Positions 10,301-18,371 of a stretch of DNA of 64,000 bases are shown here, one piece after another. Within the stretch, counting starts at the first letter, position 1. Each line of letters starts with the position of its first letter. Position numbers and translations under genes: made by a program. The notes beneath the pieces were generated by a model. The model was not told the origin of the DNA and did not search any database. It worked only from the letters and a program-made list of their open reading frames with translations. Source of the DNA: Dehalococcoidia bacterium (GTDB lineage Bacteria > Chloroflexota > Dehalococcoidia > SM23-28-2 > RBG-16-64-32); NCBI GenBank assembly GCA_963665775.2, contig CAXXTF010000002.1, positions 928,001 through 992,000 of the forward strand. Reading direction: 5' to 3'.

Positions 10301-11147
10301 GGTCGGCATCGCGGGCGTGGCGAACAATGACCTCGATCAGATTGGCCTACCGTTCTGTGGGGGTTCGCAAGGGGCTCCAAGCATAAACTCGATCACTACT
10401 GGAGCTAATTTCCTCACCGTCACCTGGACTGCGCCGGGCGTCTCCGGTGGATCGGCGATCATCGCCTATGACCTGCGGTATATCCAAAGCGACGCCACCG
10501 ATAAGTCCGACGCCCGCTGGGCCGTTGTGGATAATGCGTGGACTACCGGCTCCGGCCCTCTGAGTTACCAACTATCGGGTCTCACCACCATTACCCAATA
10601 CGACTTGCAGATACGGGCAGTCACCGCCACCGGTGATGGCCCCTGGTCTTCCACTGCCACCGGAACGCCGACCCCGCCCACGGGCGCGAGCGCCACCCGG
10701 TCCTTCTCCGCAGCCTGGGTAGCGCCGGGCGGGACGTTGACGGTGACCATCACGGCGGACAACTACGGGAGTCTGGGCAGGATCGTCGAGGACGTTCCTG
10801 CCGGGTTCACCACCGAGGACGGCAGCCAGACGGTCATCATCAGGCTGCTGGCCGCAGGACCTCAGACCAGCACCTACACCGTTACCGCCTCCGACGTGGA
10901 GGGTTCCTATACTTTCTCCGGCACCCTGCGGGATGATGAAAGGAACAATCATGCGGTTGGTGGCGATACCACGGTGACGGTGTCCTCTGGGGACCCGCTG
11001 GTTGCGAGGTACGACGCCAACAACAACGGGACGATTGAAAAGAACGAGGTCATAACGGCCATAAACGACTATCTGTTTGGTGTGGGCGACGCCGCCATCA
11101 GCAAGGCAGACGTGATAGAGGTCATCAACCTCTACCTATTCGGTTGA
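7332..11147 (+). CDS. Secreted S8 subtilase with GIWSDGTTMWVAD propeller repeats, LRRs, FN3 and a C-terminal EF-hand/dockerin-like domain
   Basis: Triad GIIDGD / HGT / GTSQAAPHVAG; five GIWSDGTTM repeats; LxLxxNQLxGxIP LRRs; YDANNNGTIEKNE; signal peptide from ATG 7332. Confidence 0.88.
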   Translation: MIQGRLFRASAVAFAMVAVTFFAVFGSGASADEEEVKTRDQGQDEAVTLPENQAPAIPEKQGQRYPNLGSHLDRLVIQVEAGEASVQDAAEGAAMPGGGTVAVTIHLSGNVDEVVRFLEDNGGDPRNVGEDYIESYVPVTLLRRVSQQAGVIRVREIVVAEPDQSPSRVAGHGPPVHGSAAWNKVGYAGQGVKVGIIDGDFRGLSSLMGTDLPTTVVARCYTDVGVFSKNLADCEAVSDETVYLPFPECGEAVQRSSVRDAGHGTIVSEAIIDIAPEVSLYIANPQSKADMQDVVEWMASEGVAVINQSQNWFLDGPGDGTSPRSNSPLRTVDLAVARDITWVNSTGNTARNTWFGGYEDPDGDRIISFASGLNGEFLDIPVGECRRYTVQLRWEDTWNGTSTDLDLYLYDKRSGELIPAMSSRDEQSGESGHEPFEWLRFWSRTDSDDLSLVVYHHGGDAPDWIQLMVWGTASIEHYTKSGSIGNPSESANPGLLAVGAAHWDDVRAIEPYSSRGPTPDGRVKPDVVGADCGATALEPLNEYNQGFCGTSQAAPHVAGMAALVRQRFPGYTPAQVAGYLKDTAQQRQSPDPNNTWGHGFAKLPAPDGSVSTVPTPSNAFTRNLAAEFDTLTGAFNWTPQGIWSDGTTMWVADWLDAKLYAYHAVTKARVPGRDFDTLAAAGNTWPSGIWSDGTTMWVADWLDQEIYAYDIASKARVPGKEFNTLEAAGNAWPQGIWSDGTTMYVADFADEKIYAYDMETRARVPGKDYDTLRAARNRSPRGIWSDGTTMWVADSDKEKVYAYDVATRARVSGREFNTLEAAGNWGPRGIWSDGTTMWVADFTGTEETIYAYSMLKESAADKGELIAFYNATGGTGWTNNANWLTSSPMGHWHGVTIDDDGRVTRLDLHNNQLSGNIPSELGNLSNLRELVLSENQLTGSVPTWLGNLANLTVLSLGGNQLTGEIPTELGSLSNLTVLSLSDNQLTGCIPVGIAGVANNDLDQIGLPFCGGSQGAPSINSITTGANFLTVTWTAPGVSGGSAIIAYDLRYIQSDATDKSDARWAVVDNAWTTGSGPLSYQLSGLTTITQYDLQIRAVTATGDGPWSSTATGTPTPPTGASATRSFSAAWVAPGGTLTVTITADNYGSLGRIVEDVPAGFTTEDGSQTVIIRLLAAGPQTSTYTVTASDVEGSYTFSGTLRDDERNNHAVGGDTTVTVSSGDPLVARYDANNNGTIEKNEVITAINDYLFGVGDAAISKADVIEVINLYLFG

Positions 11148-11167
11148 TTCGGGTCCAGTCAGGTATC

Positions 11168-11201
11168 GGGAGGGGGTTCCTCCGTCACGGATCCCCCTCC
11201 C
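11168..11201 (+). terminator. GC-rich hairpin after the S8 gene
   Basis: GGGAGGGGG...CCCCCTCCC inverted repeat; no clear U-tract. Confidence 0.45.
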
Positions 11202-11218
11202 AGAACGTCACCTAACAA

Positions 11219-11455
11219 ATGAGGAAGAACTTGGTATTGAGAATCGCGTGGGCGGCAATGATGGTCACGGTCACAGCGGGCATGGTGGCCGTGGTGAGCA
11301 TCTTGTCCGCGGCCGCGCAGTCGGCTTCCGGCGCCAGCCGGAGCTTCGATTCGGCGTCGGTCGACCCCAGCGGAGAGGTGGCGGTGATGGTCACCACCAC
11401 CTACTACGGCTAGGCCAGAGGCGTCACCGAGACCCTGCCCGCGGGCTTCGCATGA
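11219..11455 (+). pseudogene. Truncated surface-protein gene sharing a domain with the S8 C-terminus
   Basis: Signal peptide + ASRSFDSASVDPSGEV...YG*ARGVTETLPAGF, similar to ATRSFSAAWVAPGG...YGSLGRIVEDVPAGF; TAG at 11411. Confidence 0.65.
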
Positions 11456-11500
11456 TGCGGTAGAACTGGGACTAACTACAGGTACAGCACCAGGGTCAAG

Positions 11501-11605
11501 GTGAAAGTTCTTGATTTTATCAAGTTTGGTGGGCCTAAGTGTACTGAAGCTAGCACCGTCTTCGAGCTTTGGCTGGGCGGGTTGGGCGGCCGTGCCGGAC
11601 GATAG
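11501..11605 (+). pseudogene. 3'-terminal remnant of a second-type serine recombinase with att-like core
   Basis: VLDFIKFGGPKCTEASTVFELWL resembles VLSTLPDGGPKYTKSRTFVLRL at the end of 30680..31620; 16/18 nt match. Confidence 0.5.
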
Positions 11606-11748
11606 GCTGTACCAACTTCTTGATGTGGCGGGCCGGACTGTGAGCGAACATTCGCAGTTCACAAAAGACACGAATCGCTCAGGTACTGGTGGGTAGTGGA
11701 CTTGAAGTACTACATGGCACGCGTGGCAGGCCCGCAACAAAATGGGGC

Positions 11749-13380
11749 TCAGAGGCGTACTCCGCCGGTCTTCTGAATTCTGAATGCGTGGGACGACACG
11801 TGCCCAACAAACAGCCCGCTCTTGTCCTCACCCCTGGCTAATTCGGCCACCCTCGCAAGGTCCGAGTCTGAAGTACGCACTCCGCCGTAGATTTCCTTGA
11901 TGGCCTCCGGCGGAACATCGACCACTTTGATCGGCCAGCCGTTGTCATCTTTCTGCCCAGTATCTCGCGCCTCCTGCAGATCCACCAGCAGTCTGCCCTC
12001 TCTTTCGTATTCCCACGATGGACCCTTTACGAACAGTAGCCGGCACAGGGCTTGCCAGTCTGCTCCTAGCTGCGTGAGCTCCACAGTTCCTAGAATCGGT
12101 GTTCCATTTCGAGTTCTGCCCGCCCTGGTGTCCTGGTCCATTCGCTCACGATCAGCAAAACGTAACTGAATGACATCGCCCTTTGTCGGCTCGTACACAG
12201 GGGCAATCTCCGTGTAACTCACCTGTCTCAATTCAAAGCCGAGGCTCCTCAAGACTTCCGTATCGTAGCCAACGACTATCCCTGTGTTGAGGGCATAGTG
12301 CGTCCACATCGTCGGGACCGATACGTCCGTGCTCAAGGAGACGACCCCCACAAGAGGATTCAGGGATTCCTGAATGAAGGTCGATAGTCTCAGGTCACCG
12401 AAACGGAGCGCCCGTTCCATGAGCTCCTCTTCCGCCACCTCCACTCCCAGACATTCCTTCAATCTTGACTGCACCCGGGCGATGAAATCGAGAGCATCCA
12501 TCTTCTGGCCGCGCATCGTTATGACATTGCATTCCATGTCGTCGTTCAGGGCCAGCAGTTGGGTTGCCCGCAGGCTGTTCGGCGCCCCTCTGCCAATGTT
12601 CTTCTTGGGTATGTACTTGTACAGGACGCCTGGAACGTCAGCCCTGCCCTCTGCCAGCCTATCCGCGCACTCTTGGAACTGGAACGTTTGGAGCCAGTGG
12701 ACCATGAGACCACGCAAGTTTGACTGCACCCACATGCGGCCCCTTTCGCTCCGAGAGGCTAGCGAACGCCAGGTTGAGGCTGCGTTAGCCGCCGCTCTCA
12801 ACCTGACCGGTTCGCTAAAGGCGTGGTAGCGTCCGTCGACCTGGCAGTAGAATCCTTCTTGCTCAGATGGTTCTATAAGAGCTTCGACGCCTGCGTCTCC
12901 GTTTGCCCTCGGAGCATTCTGTGAATTGGCCAACCTCTGGCGCAGTCGCTGGACGTAATCCTGGTGTCTGACGTTTGGAGACTTGCTTGCCCGGCTGGCC
13001 GTCTCGCCTTGCAAGCCGAAGTCAGAACAGAACACGGCGTAGTCTTGACCCTTCGATCCGCGGCAGTCGCAGTCGTCAGACAAGGTCTCGCACCACGGGT
13101 AAGGACCCTGAGCCAACCGAAACTCGTGGTCGTCCCAACCCTTTGGGAAGCTGTCCTGAATGGATTCCCAGTTCTCGATGTTGTGGACACGCTCGGACAG
13201 CTTAGTAGATATCTCAAAAGAGAAAAGGCGCGGGCGTATCGGCACCGGTGAGTCGGGATTCTCTCCGCCAAGTCGACTTTGGAAGAAAGTCTTGGCCTGC
13301 TCCAGCGACCACCCCGACGCCTGGAGCTTAATCCACATCTGATTACTTTCAAGGGCTATTTCGTAGAGGTGATGCTTCAT
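11749..13380 (-). CDS. DUF2971-like domain protein, possibly defence-related
   Basis: LYKY...LRATQ..ALND..E, VVSLS...MWTHYA...GIVVGYD, K..SWEYEREGR motifs in the C-terminal half. Confidence 0.65.
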   Translation of the reverse strand: MKHHLYEIALESNQMWIKLQASGWSLEQAKTFFQSRLGGENPDSPVPIRPRLFSFEISTKLSERVHNIENWESIQDSFPKGWDDHEFRLAQGPYPWCETLSDDCDCRGSKGQDYAVFCSDFGLQGETASRASKSPNVRHQDYVQRLRQRLANSQNAPRANGDAGVEALIEPSEQEGFYCQVDGRYHAFSEPVRLRAAANAASTWRSLASRSERGRMWVQSNLRGLMVHWLQTFQFQECADRLAEGRADVPGVLYKYIPKKNIGRGAPNSLRATQLLALNDDMECNVITMRGQKMDALDFIARVQSRLKECLGVEVAEEELMERALRFGDLRLSTFIQESLNPLVGVVSLSTDVSVPTMWTHYALNTGIVVGYDTEVLRSLGFELRQVSYTEIAPVYEPTKGDVIQLRFADRERMDQDTRAGRTRNGTPILGTVELTQLGADWQALCRLLFVKGPSWEYEREGRLLVDLQEARDTGQKDDNGWPIKVVDVPPEAIKEIYGGVRTSDSDLARVAELARGEDKSGLFVGHVSSHAFRIQKTGGVRL

Positions 13381-13700
13381 TGGTTCCCATCCACGAACGA
13401 GGTTCCGCATATGGGTCTGTCCGGTACAGTCCCAGACTCATCGCGGTGGTTGGTCTAGGGTCAGCATCGCTTTGGCACCGGTTAAGAGTCAACCGATGCG
13501 CGTCCTCCAGCGGGCCGTCCCTTCCAGCTCGGGGCACGATTTCCTGTTTCTTCGCAACCACCAACGTGTACGGTAGACAGGGCTATCTTCGAGATATGGC
13601 TGGGTGGCCTTGAGGATTCCCATACCGCCCTATAACCGTTTGGTGCAGGCGTCACTCGATATGACAGTAGAATCCCTGCCTGGCTAACTGTTCGACTAGG

Positions 13701-14708
13701 TCAATCATTAGAGTTGTGTTCCTTCTCCCCCTGCTCCTCCCCCTTCGCCATGCGGTAGCCGACCCTTGGCTCGGCGAAGAAGTAGGTGGGGTTGCTGGCA
13801 TCCTCGCCCAGCTTGCTGCGGAGCCGCTTCAGGTGCGTGCGGAGCGCCCCCAGATCGTCCGGCCTCTTGGCCCCCCAGAGCCTTCGTAGCAGCTCATCGT
13901 GGGTCAAGACCCGCCCGGCGTTGACCGACAGCTCGTAAAGGAGCTGATACTCCTTGGCCCTCAACGCCACCGGGCGGCCTGCAAGCGTGACCCGGCGCTC
14001 GGCGTAGTCGATGATGAGGTCGCCCAGCACGTAGGGCTCCGGCGGCTCGGATTGGGGATGGCCTCCACTCCGTCGCAGGGCCGCCCTCACCCTGGCCACC
14101 AGCTCGGTCGGCGAGAAAGGCTTGACGATGTAGTCCGAGGCTCCGGCCTCGAAGGCCCGCGCCACCACCCGGTCCCGGCCGTAGGCGGAGAGGAAGATCA
14201 CCGGCACGTCTGAAACGCCAAGGATGTCCCTCATCAGCTCGATGCCGTCGGAGCCGGGCAGCATCAGGTCAAGCAGGACGAGGTGCGGCCGGTTCTCCTC
14301 CATGAGCGGCAGGGCCTCCACCGGGTCGGCGGTCACTATCGCCCTGTAGCCCGCCTCGGACAGCGCCTTCCTCACGTACCGCAGCGTTTCGGGATCGTCG
14401 TCCACCACTAGGATCGACTCCGCCTCCGACTTCTCCTGTCGAGGGCCCTTGGCCGGCCGGTTGCGCTCCACGGCGGCCTCGTCGACCGCCGGTACAGTGA
14501 AGGTAAACCGCGCCCCCAGCCCCGGCCCGTCGCTCTCGGCCCGGATGCGCCCTCCGTAGGCCTCGACTATCCCCTTGCAGATGGCCAGGCCCAGGCCGGT
14601 GTCCCCTCCCGGGTCGTCGTCCTCGCGCTGGGAGAACTTGCGGAACAGGTGTGGCAGATGCTCGGTGGGTATGCCCCTGCCTTCGTCGGCAACCGAGACC
14701 GTGGCCAA
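13701..14708 (-). pseudogene. 5'-truncated hybrid regulator: HATPase end + REC + OmpR-type wHTH (KdpE-like)
   Basis: VADEGRGI, GTGLGLAI, ILVVDDD, LLDLMLP, KPF, LRSKLGE..NPTY...EPRVGYR; begins mid-ATPase domain. Confidence 0.8.
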
Positions 14709-14832
14709 GGTGGGTGCCAGCCTGTCGATGGTCGGGAGGCCAACACCAGGCTCGCCTGTCTCATCGAGGGTCCCTGTCGTAAGTGGCTCGGTGGTGGGGG
14801 AATCAGGAAGTCCCGTGGAGTCCTTCGACCGC

Positions 14833-15672
14833 CTACTCCCGCATCATCTCGACGAAACGGTTGCCTATCTGCTCCGCGCCCCGTTGGTAGGAGACCGGCA
14901 CCCACCCCTCCGGGTCCTCGCGGATGCGCCCTGCCGTCTCGGGGTTTTCTTGCACATCCTCCCAAACGAGGGCCCAGCGCCTTTCTGTGGGGAAGAGGCT
15001 CTGTGGCGAGTCCGACGCTCCGCCGTCGTCCGCCGTCATGTCTTCTATCATCGGCCGGTCGTACTCAGAGACCTGCCGAACCGCCACGTTGGCATAGCCC
15101 TCCAAGAAGTCCAGCTCCAGGGCGCGGCTCTCCTCTATGGCATAGCGGTGTATTGCTTTCAGCTCTGCCGCCATCTCCCGGACGCGCCTCACGTGGGCCT
15201 CCCACGCCTCGATCACCCGCTCGTTGAGTTGCACGCCGCTCTCCTTGCCCACGGGCAAGCGCTGCTTTCCCCATACCCCCCAAACGTATTCTCGCCAGAG
15301 TTGCGCGGAGAGTTAAGGGCTTGCCCGGCCTTAGGTAGGAGTTTTCGATGAGCAGGGGGCGTGCGGCCTCATTGAAGACTATCGCCTCCTCTACCTCCAC
15401 CAGCGCCCGCTCGAACCATAGGATACGGTCCCGCATTAGGAGTTCCCTTTCCATGCCGTTTACCAGATGAGTGAGCGTCTCCAAGTTGGACTTTAGGATT
15501 TCGTAGCGGCTTACGATGGCGAGAGCGCCGGTTGCTCCCGGAACAAGTTCTCGATGACCAGGCGGGCCTTTTCCTCCGGCCATCCCGAAAGGGCTTCGAC
15601 TATGTCCTCCAAGCGCTTTTCCGGGGAAAGGGCTTCGACTATGTCCTCCAAGCGCTTTTCCAGTGATCCCAT
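14833..15672 (-). pseudogene. Element conserved ~300-aa protein, copy A (frameshifted, 39-bp internal duplication)
   Basis: [25 protein letters not shown] motifs shared with 42519..43427; tandem duplication 15587-15661. Confidence 0.8.
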
Positions 15673-15875
15673 AACACCCCCCATCGGCAGCCTCATCGAC
15701 GGCCTCTGACCCTCGCGCACGGGCGCTCGTCGATGCTCATGAATAGACCCCCACGAGACCGAGCTGCTCAAATGCCCGCTCCACCCCTTCCCTTTGCGAG
15801 CGCAGGACCAGGATAGCCCTCTGTCTGGCTGTGAGGCCGTGACTGACCTTCTGGAGGCGGGTTGCAATCGACACG

Positions 15876-16274
15876 CTAGCGTCGCCTCCCTTGCTTGACC
15901 AGGCGCGGCCCCAGCGCCCCTTCCATGGCCGCCAGCCGGCTCTCGAGCTCTCCCTTCTCCAGAAGGTTGACCGCGACCTGCGCCAGATAGGCGAGGGTGC
16001 GGCTGCGGGCGACGCTGTTCTCCAGGCTGAGAGTATCGAGGATCGCCACTTCGAGTAGCCGCCTGATCCGGAGGATGCTTCCCAGCCCCTCGAAGTCGTA
16101 GGCGCCGGAGACCGCCTTCTCCTTGCGGCGCCGCAGCCCGCCCAGGCGCCTGGCCTCGGCCACCTCCTCGGCGTGCTCGGGCGAGTGCATTAGACAGAGT
16201 TCGGCATCGTGGAGCGGAGGTGCCCGGCAAGGGCTGCCGTCCCCTTTGAGGGTGTTGCAGGCCTGAGATGCCAC
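15876..16274 (-). CDS. Element Cys/His zinc-finger protein, copy A
   Basis: C..G..C.APP....[23 protein letters not shown]...ELESRL; paralog of 42135..42518. Confidence 0.8.
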   Translation of the reverse strand: MASQACNTLKGDGSPCRAPPLHDAELCLMHSPEHAEEVAEARRLGGLRRRKEKAVSGAYDFEGLGSILRIRRLLEVAILDTLSLENSVARSRTLAYLAQVAVNLLEKGELESRLAAMEGALGPRLVKQGRRR

Positions 16275-16364
16275 TATTTGCCACCTCTGCTGACAAGGGG
16301 TGATGGTGGCCTGGAATGAGGCCCAAACGAGTAGGCAGACCCCTGGCGGGGCCTGCCCCTGACG

Positions 16365-16778
16365 CTATTCGGCGGCCGCTGCCAAGCCGTCCGCCCGGTG
16401 CCCGCGGGGGCACTCCGCCGGCGCCCGGTCGTCCGCCACCTCGAAGGCCTCCCCGCAGGCGCTGCAGAAGTATCCGCCGTCCTCCAGACGGCTGACCAAC
16501 CCGTTGCCCGGGTTGGCCTTCCCCTTGCCAGACTTCTTTACCGCCCTCTTCGACTTGGCCTCCTCGTTGCCCGAAACGCTCCAGAACCGCCAGCCGTTGC
16601 AGGCCGTGCCGCCCATCACGGCGCTGCCGGCGGCCGAGGGGCTCTTGAACTCCCGGCCGTCCTCCAGACGGTAGCGTGTGCTCCCATCCCCCTGGACCAG
16701 CTCGGCGGTGTATTCCCGGCCCTTGTAGCGGGCCGCCAGACGCGTGCCCGACCTGAGGTTCCGGTCCGTGATGCTCAT
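16365..16778 (-). CDS. RAMA/DUF4357-like domain protein with C-terminal zinc ribbon
   Basis: GTRLAARYKG...FKSPSAAGSAVMGG..CNGWRFW; CSAC...CPRGH; RBS GAGGAGG. Confidence 0.7.
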   Translation of the reverse strand: MSITDRNLRSGTRLAARYKGREYTAELVQGDGSTRYRLEDGREFKSPSAAGSAVMGGTACNGWRFWSVSGNEEAKSKRAVKKSGKGKANPGNGLVSRLEDGGYFCSACGEAFEVADDRAPAECPRGHRADGLAAAAE

Positions 16779-16913
16779 GCAACACCTCCTCTTGAATTTG
16801 TGCTGTACTACTCACTCTCGTCGGCGCGGAAGTCAACGGGTCGGGGCGCTCACCCCGGCGGTTTCTCGCAACTCCAGGGGTGAGCCACTCACTAACCGGC
16901 GTTAGTGTCGGGT

Positions 16914-17543
16914 TCACTCCGGCCGCTCCTTCTCCGCCCTCTCGCCCGTGAACGCCTCCCAACGGACGATCGCCACCCGGCAGTAGCGGGGGTCCAGCTC
17001 CATCCCGTAGCACCTGCGCCCCGTCCTCTCGGCGGCGATCAAGGCCGTCCCCGAGCCTAGGAACGGCTCCGCCGCGATGTCGTTGGGCTTGCTGCCGTTC
17101 TCCATCGCCCGCACGTAGAGGGAGACCGGCTTCATCGTGGGATGCTGGGGGGAGGACTGGGGCCGGTCTTCCTGCCACACCGAGTCCTCCTTGCGGGAGC
17201 CCTGCCAGCTGCTCTTGCCCTTCCAGCCGTAGAAGATGTGCTCGTGGCGGTAGTGGTAGTGGGAGCGCCCCAGCACCAGCCTGTCCTTCACCCAGATCAA
17301 CCACTGGCGGTGCTCGATGCCGGCGGCCGCGATGGAGGCGCAGAGGGTAGAAATAAGAGGCCCCGGCGGGCAGAACACGTAGGCGTCGCCTTCCAAGGGC
17401 CAGGCGGAAAAGACCTGCGTCCAGAATTCGGCCTGGTCCTGGCCCAGGTCGTCGTTGGCGATGGGACGCCTCCGCTTCCGGCCCCCCGGCTCGTAGGCCA
17501 CGCCGTAGGGCGGGTCCGTCACCAAAAGCGTCGCCGTCTCACC
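16914..17543 (-). pseudogene. N6/N4 DNA methyltransferase, C-terminal part (copy A, ParB domain lost)
   Basis: TDPPY, HPTMKP, PFLGSGT, MELDPRY; homology to other copies stops near 17543. Confidence 0.85.
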
Positions 17544-17544
17544 C

Positions 17545-18164
17545 CCTCAAGATTGAGCCTCGATTGGCGGCGCCACGGCGATTCTTTTCCACAGAGCACG
17601 ACCACGATCAGGCTGGCTCCCAAAGCGCATGGGACCGCAAGGCAAGTTCGAGGGCGATTCTTTGAGTGGCGTAAGAGGGCTGGCCTGGCGGCCGGAGTCT
17701 ATGACCTCCAGGCCTTCATAGCGGATGGGCAGCCGCGCTCGTTCATCCTGCTGGCCGTCCCCAATGAAGAGGCCGTCAAGGTCTCGTCCGGCCAGGCTTT
17801 CGAGGTTGAGTTCCTCGCCTCAGGTCAGGGCCCGGACGAAGTTCTGGCGTGGCTCCAATCCTGTTATCTGGACGAGGCTGCTTCCTGGCAAACATCAGAC
17901 GAGTTGCTGGCGCTCCTAGCGGAGACCAGCGGCCGGCGTCGCTTCCAGGGCTTTGGTAGCGCATATCAGAGGCCTGACCAGGAAGCCACCGATCCTGAAT
18001 CCCAGCCGTTGGGCCGGGTCTCTGGCGGGTCGGGGAGAGTGAAGCAGGCGGAGATGAGCTGTCCTTTCTGTGGGGGCCGGGTCGAGTTTATCGGCGTCTC
18101 GGTCGGACTCGATTCCACCGAGAAAGCCCAGAAGGGCTATCTATGGCGAGGGCTGCCCCGATGA
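17545..18164 (+). CDS. Partial hypothetical protein with C-terminal CPFC motif
   Basis: Open frame from the junction, overlapping the start of the next element ORF. Confidence 0.35.
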
Positions 18165-18367
18165 GGGAAGTGCTAGGCCAACCCGTTGACGGCCCAGGCA
18201 GCGAGGAGCGAATCAAGGGGGTTATCGCCATCCTCGCCGCCGGCCTCGAACGGCTGATGGCCCAGAGGATAACGTCTTCAAATAAGCCGACGGCCGAACT
18301 TGACTTCGGGGATGAGTTAGCGGTTACTACGCACTGCCAGCGGAACGCCGACCGAGAGGAGTGTTAG
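18161..18367 (+). CDS. Small conserved ORF upstream of the recombinase (candidate directionality factor)
   Basis: MREVL...VIAILAAGLERLM...VTTHCQ paralogous to 36917..37117. Confidence 0.6.
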   Translation: MREVLGQPVDGPGSEERIKGVIAILAAGLERLMAQRITSSNKPTAELDFGDELAVTTHCQRNADREEC

Positions 18368-18371
18368 AGAG

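Noticed and set aside
15511-17304. 597-aa minus-strand ORF and similar long GC-rich alternative-frame ORFs (e.g. 27813..29279, 56094..57227)
   Set aside because: Shadow frames of recognisable genes; only the last ~54 codons of 15511..17304 are real element sequence
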